The notes beneath the pieces are model-generated. The model saw only the letters and a program-made list of their open reading frames with translations, did no database searches and was not told the origin of the DNA. Of a stretch of DNA of 64,000 nt, positions 1 through 9,980 are shown in pieces. How positions within the stretch are numbered: position 1 is the stretch's first letter; each line of letters begins with the position of its first letter. Source of the stretch: Vulcanimicrobiota bacterium (GTDB lineage Bacteria; Vulcanimicrobiota; Vulcanimicrobiia; Vulcanimicrobiales; Vulcanimicrobiaceae); assembly GCA_963792235.1 (NCBI GenBank), contig CAWBVR010000005.1:70980-134979 (forward strand). The letters run 5' to 3'. A program made the translations under genes and the position numbers.

Positions 1-198
1 CAAGGCGGGGTATCGATCGGGCCGTGCGCGACCATCGTGAACCCCACGGCTGCGCCGGTCGCGATGCCCGCGCTCAGCGGCCGGTACGCAAGCTCGCTGG
101 CCCTCAACGCGGCGAACGCCGTCGCGGGCGGCACGGCGGCGTGGACCGGCGGCCTGCCGACCCAGCTGTCGTCGCTCGGCGCGGTCGTCCTGCGCTGA
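1..198 (+). CDS. C-terminal fragment of hypothetical protein (runs off window start)
   Basis: Frame 1 open from base 1 (QGGVSIGPCATIVNPTAAPVAMPALSG...SLGAVVLR) to TGA 196-198, GC3-rich codons. Confidence 0.6.
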   Translation, partial: QGGVSIGPCATIVNPTAAPVAMPALSGRYASSLALNAANAVAGGTAAWTGGLPTQLSSLGAVVLR

Positions 199-210
199 GC
201 TGACGGCGCG

Positions 211-1398
211 CTACCGCGCGCCCCGCAGAAACCCCAACAAGGTCCGCGTGGTCGCTCCGGTTTCGAAGTCCGCGCGGATCTTTTCGCGCGCGGCGATCCC
301 CATGCGCGCGCGCGCGCCGTCGTCCGAAAGCAGGCGCTCCAGCGCGTGCGCGATCGCTTGCGGGTCCCGCTGCGGGACGAGCTCGCCGTGCTCGGGACCA
401 ACGAGCTCGTCGAGGCTGCCGGTCGCCGTCGCGACGACGGGTAAGCCCGCGGCCATCGCCTCCATCACCGCGACGGGGATGCCTTCGTGCTCGCCCGGGC
501 GCTCGGTGCTCGCGAGCGCGAACACGTCCCACTCGCCCGCGGCGAGGCGCGCCACGAGCGCGGGATGCGGCACGTTGCCGAGCATGCGCACGTGGTCGCC
601 GAGCTCGAGCCGCGCGACGTCGGCGGTCACCTCCGCGCGCAGCTCGCCGTCGCCCGCGAGATCGCACGCGAACGCGATCCCGCGCGCGCGCAGCAGCGCC
701 AGCGCTTCGAGCAGGTCGCGATGGCCCTTCCAGCTGCACAAGCGCGCGGCGCACAAGATGCGCGGCGTGCGCGGCGGGTGCGGCGCGACCTCGGCCGGGA
801 TCGCGACGCCGAGATGGCCGACGAGCACGCGTTTGGCGAGCTCCGGCGAAAGCTGCTCGCGCAGATGGCGCGCGTTGCGCTCGGAGATCACGCGCACGAA
901 CGCGGCCGCGCCGACTTTCTGCGCGGCGAGGTTGCCGGCGAAGATGTCGTGCTGGTGCGCCGTCGCGCTGAACGGCACGCCCGTCATGCGGGACGCCACC
1001 CAGGCGAGCGTGGCAGGCGTCGTGAGCCATGCGGCGTGGATGTGGTCGATCCCGAGCCGGCGCACCTCGCTCGCCACGGCAAGCGCCTTCGGGAACGCCG
1101 CGACGTTGACGGCGCGCGCGCGCAGCGAGCTGCGCGGGTCGAACGCGAGCCGCGCGAACGTTGCGAGCGCGCGCCGCGGACGGCGCAGCGCCTCGCGCGC
1201 GGCAAGCGCGGCGACGCGCCGGCTCAGCAGCGGAAGGTGGAGCGGCGTACCGATATCGCCGTACACCGCGGTGCGCGACGGCGGGCGCGTCGCGATGACG
1301 GTGACGTCGACCATGCGCGACAGCGTGCGCAGCTCTTCTTCGAAGAACTGCTCCGCGTGCGCGTACGGAAACAGCGCGGTGATGTACGCGAGCTTCAT
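211..1398 (-). CDS. Glycosyltransferase family 4 (WcaL-like)
   Basis: HIHAAW, ARLCSWKG and EGIPVAVMEAMAAGLPVV (ExF/P-x7-E GT-B motif). Confidence 0.9.
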   Translation of the reverse strand: MKLAYITALFPYAHAEQFFEEELRTLSRMVDVTVIATRPPSRTAVYGDIGTPLHLPLLSRRVAALAAREALRRPRRALATFARLAFDPRSSLRARAVNVAAFPKALAVASEVRRLGIDHIHAAWLTTPATLAWVASRMTGVPFSATAHQHDIFAGNLAAQKVGAAAFVRVISERNARHLREQLSPELAKRVLVGHLGVAIPAEVAPHPPRTPRILCAARLCSWKGHRDLLEALALLRARGIAFACDLAGDGELRAEVTADVARLELGDHVRMLGNVPHPALVARLAAGEWDVFALASTERPGEHEGIPVAVMEAMAAGLPVVATATGSLDELVGPEHGELVPQRDPQAIAHALERLLSDDGARARMGIAAREKIRADFETGATTRTLLGFLRGAR

Positions 1399-2501
1399 CG
1401 GGCGCGCCCTTCGGTAAGCGATGTGTAGAGCGCGACGTGCGCGTCGACCATCGCCGTCGCATCGAACGACGTGTGCGCGTCGTGCGCCGCGCGCTGCGCG
1501 ATGCGCGCGAGCCGCGCGCGGTCGCCGTACGCGTCGAGCAGCGCGTCCGCGAGCGACTCGCCGTCGAACCCGCGCGCGACGAAGCCGTTCTCGCCGGCGC
1601 GGATGACGTCATCGTGCCCGGCCCACGGTGTGACCACCGGCGCGAGGCCGGCGAGCATCGCTTCGCCCAGCGCAAGCGGCATGCGCTCGCGCAGCGACGG
1701 CAGCACGAACGCGTCCATCGCGTATGCGAGCGCGGGCGCGTCGTCGCGGTGGCCCAGGAAATGCACGCGCTCGCCGATGCCGAGCGCGTCCGCGTGCGCG
1801 CGCAGCTCGCTCGCAAGCGGACCGGTCCCCGCGAGCACGAGATGAACGTCCGGTGCGCCGCGCCGCGGAAGCGATGCGATCGCGTCCAGCGCGGCCGTTT
1901 GATTTTTCTCCGGCGCGAGCCGCCCGACCGCATACACCGCGAACGCGGTCGCGGGGACACCGAGCTGCGCGCGCACGTCCGCGCGCGAGGCCGTCGCCTG
2001 CGGGACCGCAACGCCGTTGGGGATCACCGCGATGCGTTCGAGCGGAACGCGCTGCTCGGCGGCGTAACGCTGCCGCTGCGCTTGCGTGAACACGATGAAG
2101 CGCTGCGTGCGCGCGTGCAGCAGGCGGTCGATGTTCCACCGCAGCGGCCCGCCCGGTTCGTCGCCGTGCACCGTCAAAACGATGTGCGGCACGCTGGCGA
2201 GCACCGCCGCAAAGCGCCCGGCGTACTGGCCGGTGTGCAGGTGCGCGTGTACGATCGCCGGCTTCTGCTCGCGCAGCGCGCGCACGAGCTTGGGAAAAAA
2301 TCCGACGTCCGAGCCGCCCCGGCGGCCGAGGTCCGTCACCGGCGCGACCAGTTTCGCGCGGCCCGCATCATCCAGACCCGCGGGGTAGACCGAGACGACG
2401 CGCACGTCGACGCCGGCCGCGACAAGCCCAGGGCACAGCGTCCTGATCATCGTTTCGGCGCCGCCCGCGACGAGCGTCTGCACCACGTGGACCACACGCA
2501 T
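1395..2501 (-). CDS. Glycosyltransferase family 4
   Basis: MRVVHVVQTLVAGGAE, IVHAH, VIPNGV, GRLAPEKN, ERMPLALGEAM; 4-nt overlap with downstream gene; ATG 2501 chosen. Confidence 0.9.
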   Translation of the reverse strand: MRVVHVVQTLVAGGAETMIRTLCPGLVAAGVDVRVVSVYPAGLDDAGRAKLVAPVTDLGRRGGSDVGFFPKLVRALREQKPAIVHAHLHTGQYAGRFAAVLASVPHIVLTVHGDEPGGPLRWNIDRLLHARTQRFIVFTQAQRQRYAAEQRVPLERIAVIPNGVAVPQATASRADVRAQLGVPATAFAVYAVGRLAPEKNQTAALDAIASLPRRGAPDVHLVLAGTGPLASELRAHADALGIGERVHFLGHRDDAPALAYAMDAFVLPSLRERMPLALGEAMLAGLAPVVTPWAGHDDVIRAGENGFVARGFDGESLADALLDAYGDRARLARIAQRAAHDAHTSFDATAMVDAHVALYTSLTEGRAR

Positions 2502-2574
2502 TCCGGCCAGTCTTCCGGGTCGGCCGCGGAAATCCACCAGGAGGCGACCCGGCGCTGCGCGCAGAGTGCCGCGA

Positions 2575-3591
2575 ATGGATTCTTCCGCAGGGGTGTGCCT
2601 CGTGATGCCGTTCCTGAACGAGGCGCGACACCTGCCCGCCGTCCTCGCCAGCCTCGAAGGCCAGACCTATCCCCGCGAACGGATGTCGCTCGTCGCAGTC
2701 GACGACGGTTCGTCCGACGGCAGCGCGGAGATCGTCACCGAATGGCTGGCCCGCACGGGATTCCGCGGCGAGGTGCGCCGCGTCGCGGCGCGTTCGATTC
2801 CGCGCGCGCTCAACGCCGCGCTCGCGCGGGTCCCGCCCGGCAGCTACGTCGTGCGCATCGACGCGCACACGCACTACGCGCCCGACTACGTCGCCGCGAT
2901 CATGGCCGCGTTCGGCGAGCTCGGCGAGTCCGCATGGTGCGTGGGCGGTTCGCCGGACATCGTCCCGCCGGCCGAGTTCAGCCCGCAGCTGCACGCGGCG
3001 CTCTTCAACAACCCGATGGGGCTGGGGCCGGCGGCATATCGCGCCTCCGACGCGCGCGGTCCCGTCGCCAGCGTCTACCTCGGCGCGTGGCGGCCCGGCG
3101 TGCTCGAGCGGCTGGGCGGTTACGACGAGTCGTGGCACGCCAACGAAGACGCGGAGCTCGCGCAGCGCATCCAAGCCGCGGGCGGCGAGGTGCACCGCAT
3201 CGACGCGCGCTCCGAAAAGATCATGACGCGCGGCGCGGTCTCGGCGCTCAAGCAGTGGTCGCGGTACGGGTACTGGCGCGCGCAGACCATCGTCCGCCAT
3301 CCGCGTTCCGTGCGCTGGCGACATCTCGCTCCGCCCGCGGCGATCGTCGCCGGCGCGATCCTTGCCGCGACCCGCGGCCGCAAAGCGCTGCCGCTGCTCT
3401 ACGCTGCGTTCGCGCTCATGACGTTGCGGCTGCGGCCGCGCGGCGAGCGCCCCGCCGTCACCGCCGCGTCGCTGCTCTATTTCCCGCTGGTGCACGCCGG
3501 TTTCGGCGGCGGCATGCTGGTGGGTTTCGCGCACGCTGCGATCAAACGGTTCGGCCCGGGCCGTACGCCACCCGCGCGGCCGCCGCTTTGA
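2575..3591 (+). CDS. Glycosyltransferase family 2 (ExoA-like)
   Basis: VMPFLNE, VDDGSSD, RIDAH, GGYDE...NEDAEL, QWSRYGYWR, C-terminal hydrophobic segments. Confidence 0.88.
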   Translation: MDSSAGVCLVMPFLNEARHLPAVLASLEGQTYPRERMSLVAVDDGSSDGSAEIVTEWLARTGFRGEVRRVAARSIPRALNAALARVPPGSYVVRIDAHTHYAPDYVAAIMAAFGELGESAWCVGGSPDIVPPAEFSPQLHAALFNNPMGLGPAAYRASDARGPVASVYLGAWRPGVLERLGGYDESWHANEDAELAQRIQAAGGEVHRIDARSEKIMTRGAVSALKQWSRYGYWRAQTIVRHPRSVRWRHLAPPAAIVAGAILAATRGRKALPLLYAAFALMTLRLRPRGERPAVTAASLLYFPLVHAGFGGGMLVGFAHAAIKRFGPGRTPPARPPL

Positions 3592-4627
3592 GCGCGCGAT
3601 ACGCCGGATAAACGCCGTCGAACGCAGCGGAACGCACGGTTCGCCGCCGTAGGCGGTAGTGGTTCGTCAGGCGCTCTTCGCGGGCGAAATGCCGCTTGTA
3701 CTCTTCGTCGCCGCGCAGAAAGTCGAGCACCGCGTAGCCGCGCTCGATGGCGTCGCGGATCGCGAGGCTCGCGGCCACCTTGCCCGGCGTGACCGCACCG
3801 TACTCGCGGTCGTACGCGAGCTGGTAGAGGTTGTACGTCTTGCGCACGTCGTCGGTGAACGACGCCGCGCCCGCGATCGCGCGCTCGCCGTCCCACACCA
3901 TGATGAGGCGCAAGCAGCCGCGGTCGTACGCGGCGCGAAAGAGCTTGCCGAAGGTGGCGCGCGCGCTGTGCAGGTTCCCGCCCCAGCGGCTGTGGTTCAG
4001 CCGCACTTGCGCCTCGACGTGCGCATCCACGTCCGCGTCGACGGGCGACGACACGCGGTAATCCGGCAGCCGCCGCGCGATGCGCCGCAATCCGCGCACC
4101 GTCTTGTCGCGCGTGTTGTCGCCGAGCGTCGCGAGATAGCCGTCCCACGTCGCCGGCAGCGGCGCGTGCAAGCACGTCGTCGTGCCGATCCGGTCCACGC
4201 GCATGCCCGTGCCGCCGAGCGCGGCCAGCAGCGCGGCGATGCGCGGATCGGCGACGTCGCGCAAGAGCGCGCGATCCCACGGCAGCGCGCGCATCGCGTC
4301 CGCGAACGCGGACACCGCCTCGTGCTCGAGGCCGGGGGCGCACAGCATCCCTTGATAGTCCGCGATCGGATCGCTCGCGAACGTCAGCTCGCGCGCGATG
4401 GGCAACCGGCGTTCCGGCGCGCCGCGCAGCGTGAGCGGCAGCGCGGCGACCAGGTCGCCGTCGCGCTGCAGCGTGAGCACGGTCCACGCGCCGCGGACTT
4501 GGTCCAAGTACGCGCGCAGCCACGGCCACGACAAGAATACCTGCCCGAGCTCGTCCGCCCGGTACAGCGCATCCCAGCGTTCGCGTTCGGCTTCGAACTC
4601 GCTCAGGCTCGAAATGCGCCCGATCAC
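3542..4627 (-). CDS. GNAT acetyltransferase, CelD/BcsL (cellulose biosynthesis) type
   Basis: GTG start in GTGA overlap at 4624-4627; VFLSWPWL, DYQGML, LDFLRGDEEYKRHF; this is the C-terminal part of the 982-aa ORF in the track. Confidence 0.85.
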   Translation of the reverse strand: MIGRISSLSEFEAERERWDALYRADELGQVFLSWPWLRAYLDQVRGAWTVLTLQRDGDLVAALPLTLRGAPERRLPIARELTFASDPIADYQGMLCAPGLEHEAVSAFADAMRALPWDRALLRDVADPRIAALLAALGGTGMRVDRIGTTTCLHAPLPATWDGYLATLGDNTRDKTVRGLRRIARRLPDYRVSSPVDADVDAHVEAQVRLNHSRWGGNLHSARATFGKLFRAAYDRGCLRLIMVWDGERAIAGAASFTDDVRKTYNLYQLAYDREYGAVTPGKVAASLAIRDAIERGYAVLDFLRGDEEYKRHFAREERLTNHYRLRRRTVRSAAFDGVYPAYRALKAAAARVAYGPGRTV

Positions 4628-5716
4628 CCGGACCGTGATTCCCCCGCGCCCGTGTGCGAAACGGCCGGGAACCCGCCGTCGTCGTACAGCGCGACGATGC
4701 GCGCCGCCCAGCGCTTCAAATCGGCCGTGTCGCCGGCATCGACGAGCGGGCGGCGCGGCGAGCGTCGCGCGCAGCGCGTGAGCGAGCGCGGCGGCGTCGC
4801 CGGCCGGCGTCACGGTGATCCCTTGCGTCACGCGCGCGAGCTCCAGCGCCCACGGGAGATCGCTCGCGACGGCGGGCACGCCGCACGCGAGCGCCTCGAG
4901 CGCGACATACGGCATCCCTTCGCCGCGCGACGGCAGCGCGAGCGCGTCGGCCGCCCACAGCACCGCGCGCACGTCGGCCGCGAACGGCACGTCGACCACC
5001 GGCGCGTGCTGCCGCAGCGCCGCGAGCGTGGGCTCCGGGGTCGCGACCGCGACGACGCTCGCGCCCGGAACGTGCGCGAGCGCCGCTTCGAGCACGCCGG
5101 CGCCCTTGATGCCGGGATCGCGCCCGAAGAACGCGATCGCCGGCTCTTCGCCGAGGCCCAGCGCTGCTCGTGCCGCCGCGCGTTCCGCCGCGGTCGGGCG
5201 CCGGAAGCGCATCCCGTCGACGCTATTGCGCACGGTGACCGTCTTGCCGGCCGGTACGCCGAGCCGGCGCGCCTCGCCGGCGATGGTGTCCGTCACGCAG
5301 ACGAAGCGCGCGACCCGCCGGCCGACGGCGCGGAACTTGATGGCGCGCTTGAGCGTGAAGCGCAGCGGGCCGCCATCGGGCTGGAACGTCGAGTGGAGGT
5401 GCCACAGCACACGGGCGCGGCTCGGCCAGAGCGCCGCGGTGACGGTGACCAGCCAGCCGTCGAAGTGTGCGTGGACCACGTCCGGCCGCAGCGCGGCCGT
5501 GCGACGCGCCGCGGCGCGCGGGTTGTACGCCGGTACGACGTGCACGCCGGCGCCCGCCGCACGCAGGTCGTCGTACCAGTCGACGGAACCGACGTCGGGC
5601 AGCACGACGTCAAAATGGTCACCGCGGGCGGTGACTTGTCGGGCGACGTGCTCGATCGCCGGTACGAAGCTACCGCGGTGACGGCCGTAATACGCGGCCG
5701 GCCAAACGATGCGCAC
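4624..5716 (-). CDS. Glycosyltransferase family 4 (one frameshift near 4750, probably a sequencing error)
   Basis: DVVHAHF, VRNSVD, PSRGEGMPYVALEALACGVP; a typical C-terminus (DLKRWAARIVALY...*) lies in the shifted frame ending at TGA 4624-4626. Confidence 0.8.
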
Positions 5717-5794
5717 GCGGCGCCTGCTTACCCGCTGTGAGTCAGCGCGAAACGGGTTAGGACCGCTTGGCTGCCGGGGATAACGGTGAGGACC

Positions 5795-6794
<1,000 letters not shown>

Positions 6795-6811
<17 letters not shown>

Positions 6812-7628
6812 CCGCGCGCCGGCGGCGACGCTGGCGAAGATCGCGGCGATCTTCCGCCGGGACGTCCGCGTGGCGCTCTCGTATCCGGGCAACTTCGCGA
6901 TCTCGTGGCTCTCGATCGGGATCGAGGTCGTGATCGCGTGGTACATCTCGCAGCTCATCGCGCCGTCGGCAAAGTTCGGCGAGGGCGGCCACATCGCGCC
7001 CTACTTTCAATATCTCGCGATCAACGCCGCATTCTTGCGCTTTCAGACGGCCGCGCTGAACAGCTTCGCCGAAGCGATCCGCGACGGGCAGCTGACCGGG
7101 ACGCTGGAGGTCGTGCTCGCGACGCCCACCACGCTGCCCGTGCTCGTGCTGTCGTCCGGCGTCTGGTCGTTCGCGCTCACGTCGCTGCAGACGCTGGTCT
7201 TCCTCATCATCGCGCTGCTGTTCGGGCTGGACCTCAGCCACCTCAACCTGGGCACGGCGCTGGTGTTCCTCGCGCTGACCGTCCTCTCGACCTCGCCGCT
7301 GGGCGTGCTCGCCGCGGCCCTGTCGATGGTGATCAAGAAGACCGGTCCGGTCGAGTGGATCTCGAACTCGTCGGCGAGCCTGTTCGGCGGCGTGTACCTG
7401 CCGCTGACGCGGCTGCCGTGGGCGCTGCAAGCCATCGGGTGGTGCTTGCCGATCACGCACGCGCTGGCCGGGTTCCGCGCCGCCGCGGGCGGCGTGCCGC
7501 TTTCGCAGGTCGCGGGCGATGCAATTTGGCTGCTCGTCGCCTCGGTGATCCTCACCCCGTTCTCACTGTGGCTCTTCGTCCGTGCCGTCAACAAGGCGCG
7601 CGTGGACGGAACGCTGGCGATGTATTAG
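6795..7628 (+). CDS. ABC-2 type permease
   Basis: About 6 hydrophobic segments, GTLEVVLATP, GGVYLPLTRLPWALQ...LPITHAL; overlaps the ATPase gene. Confidence 0.9.
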
Positions 7629-7650
7629 GACCGACCCTACACGATCGTGG

Positions 7651-7689
7651 AGGGACCTTCGTCCTTCCGCAATAGGGACCCCGGGCACG
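7651..7689. promoter_or_regulatory. Two candidate NarL/DosR-type 6-4-6 boxes upstream of the 7738 gene
   Basis: AGGGAC-CTTC-GTCCTT (7651-7666) and AGGGAC-CCCG-GGCACG (7674-7689), upstream of a -10-like CATGAT (7712-7717). Confidence 0.35.
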
Positions 7690-7737
7690 GTGCCTGCTCG
7701 CCCGCATCGGGCATGATAAACATAACCTCGTAAGGAG

Positions 7738-8490
7738 ATGAGTAGTACGATGTGGATCACACGCCCGGCGGCCGTTGGACTCCTGGTCTTGATGACCGGA
7801 TTGCCCGCGCTCGCCCAACCCATCGAAATCGCGACGCTCGGACGCGCGCCCCTCATGGGCAGCTCGACCAACATGGCCGAGCTGAAGCGAAACTTCGAAC
7901 ACAACCAAGCCATTCTCGAGCAAGCCAGCCGGAAGATCGGCATGACCGACGCGCAGTACGCGGCGTTCAAGACGCAGGTCGAGATCGGTAACGCGCGCTG
8001 GGTCGCGATCCCGCGCAACCTCGACAAGATGACGTGGGCTGCCGACGGCCGCGTGCACGTGCTGGCCGACGTCCACATCCCGGCCGGCCAAAAGGGTCTC
8101 GAAGTCGCGGTCCCCGACGGCCCCAACAGCACGATGTACGTCTACCTGCCGGCAAAATGCGGCAACCTGTCGTACGTTCGCCACGCCCGGATCGCGCAGC
8201 AGCCGTCGTTCCCGCAGCCGCATCCGCTCGTCGCGACGGCGCAGAACTTCCCGGCGCCGCAGACGCCGCTCGTCGCCGCGACCGGCGTATCCGGCACCAC
8301 CCCGGCCGTCTCGCCGATCTCCGTGATTCCGGCGGCCGCCGCTCATCACTTCAGCCTGCTGCCGCTGGCCGCACTGCTCCCGTTCTTGATCAACGGCGGC
8401 GGCGGCGGTGGCTGCGTCCCTGGCCCCGCCGGCAGCAACAGCTGCTCGCCGACGCCCGGCACGATCTCGGGGCCGCCGCCCTGCCCCTGA
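7738..8490 (+). CDS. Hypothetical secreted protein with Pro-rich linker, hydrophobic segment and Gly/Cys tail
   Basis: SD AAGGAG, signal peptide ending ALA-Q, GC3-rich codons. Confidence 0.75.
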   Translation: MSSTMWITRPAAVGLLVLMTGLPALAQPIEIATLGRAPLMGSSTNMAELKRNFEHNQAILEQASRKIGMTDAQYAAFKTQVEIGNARWVAIPRNLDKMTWAADGRVHVLADVHIPAGQKGLEVAVPDGPNSTMYVYLPAKCGNLSYVRHARIAQQPSFPQPHPLVATAQNFPAPQTPLVAATGVSGTTPAVSPISVIPAAAAHHFSLLPLAALLPFLINGGGGGGCVPGPAGSNSCSPTPGTISGPPPCP

Positions 8491-8603
8491 TGCCGACGGA
8501 CCGGCACTAACGGACACCCACGAAAGGATTCGTGCAGTGAATATGATCGCCAAGGACTCCCCGAGCACGGCCGCCGCGACGATCGCGGCGGCCGTTTCCA
8601 CCT

Positions 8604-9011
8604 CTAGGCGCGCCTGATGCCGCGCGCGACGACGCCGAGCCAACCGCCGGCTGCGCCGCAAAGAACGTCCACGACGTTCCATGCGACGCCCTCGTCCGAG
8701 CCCCGTGCGGCCTGCACGGCCTCGATCGCGGCCGAATACGCCGCCACGACCAGCGCGGCACGCAGCGATGCCTTTGTGCTGGGGCCCAGCGCCTTGTCGG
8801 CGGTGAACCCCACGACGGCGAAGGCGGCGATGCTGTATGCTTTGCGAAGCAGGACGTGGAACGATAGCACGGCCGGGGACGTGAGATCGTATACCTCGTT
8901 GCTCGTCGCGGCCCAGAACAGCGCCGCCGCGACCGTGACGGCGAGGGCGATCCACCAGCGCCTCGCACCGCCCGATCTCCGGGAGCCCTCATCATGATTC
9001 GCTCGACGCAT
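8604..9011 (-). CDS. VanZ-like membrane protein
   Basis: LRKAYSIAAF, YSAAIEAVQ, DVLCGAAGG; 4 hydrophobic segments; start uncertain. Confidence 0.65.
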   Translation of the reverse strand: MRRANHDEGSRRSGGARRWWIALAVTVAAALFWAATSNEVYDLTSPAVLSFHVLLRKAYSIAAFAVVGFTADKALGPSTKASLRAALVVAAYSAAIEAVQAARGSDEGVAWNVVDVLCGAAGGWLGVVARGIRRA

Positions 9012-9968
9012 TCACTCCGTGCAGTGGCCGCCGCCGCGGCGGCGTTCCTGCTCGCCTCCTCGTTCGCGCCGGCCGGCGCGCAGACCACGCCGCAGCCGAT
9101 CACGCCCGCGGCGCCCGCGTCACCGGCCACGCCCGCGCCCGACATGGGCTCGACCGTCAGCCCGGTCATCCACCCCGGCGACCAGCTCGCGATCAGCGTG
9201 TTCGACGAGCCGCCGCTGCCGCCGTTCGTCGTCCAGGCCGACGGCACGATCCAGTACCCGCTCGCGGGCCGCATCCTCGTGGGTGGGCTGACCCCGTCCG
9301 AAGCGCGCGACGCGGTGACGCACGCGCTGAAAAAGTACATGAAGCACCCGTCCGTGACGGTCGCCGTGGCGCAGCAAGGCCAGATGGGCGTGCTGGTCTA
9401 CGGCAACGTGAAGAACACGGGCAAGTTTCTGCTGCGCAGCGGCGCCCGGCTCAGCGATGCGGTCGCCGCCGCCGGCGGCGTCGCGATGTTCAACGCCGAG
9501 TATCCCACGGCGCGTGTCTCCGAGTTGGACGGCACGATGACCGTCGCGAGCTTGGACAAGCTGCTGCGCCAAGGCGACGCCACCCAGAACCTGCCGCTGG
9601 AAGACAACTCGATCGTGTACGTCAACGGCGGCGAGACGATCCGCGTGCAGGTCATCGGCGCGGTGTCGCGCCCGGGCAACGTCGAGGTCAACGTCGGCGA
9701 CCGCCTCACCATGGCGCTGGCGCGGTCGGGCGCCGAAGCCGCGGCGCACTCCGATCTGAACCGCGTCTACCTCACCCGCATCGACCCCGCGACCGGCAAA
9801 ACGCTGCCATCGTACGAGATCAACGTTTACCAGGCCCTCGAGCGTGGGGATCAGCGCTACGATCCAATCTTGCGCAAGGACGACAAGATCTACGTGCCCG
9901 AGGCCCGTTCGATCAGCGCCGGCTCCATGGGACTGTTGGGTCTCCTCGGCCGCCTGCTGCGCTTCTAG
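8994..9968 (+). CDS. Polysaccharide export protein (Wza/OPX with SLBB domains)
   Basis: IHPGDQLAISVF, DGTIQYPLAG, GAVSRPG SLBB repeats, DDKIYVPE; adjacent to wzc. Confidence 0.88.
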   Translation: MIRSTHSLRAVAAAAAAFLLASSFAPAGAQTTPQPITPAAPASPATPAPDMGSTVSPVIHPGDQLAISVFDEPPLPPFVVQADGTIQYPLAGRILVGGLTPSEARDAVTHALKKYMKHPSVTVAVAQQGQMGVLVYGNVKNTGKFLLRSGARLSDAVAAAGGVAMFNAEYPTARVSELDGTMTVASLDKLLRQGDATQNLPLEDNSIVYVNGGETIRVQVIGAVSRPGNVEVNVGDRLTMALARSGAEAAAHSDLNRVYLTRIDPATGKTLPSYEINVYQALERGDQRYDPILRKDDKIYVPEARSISAGSMGLLGLLGRLLRF

Positions 9969-9980
9969 GAAAGGATTCCG

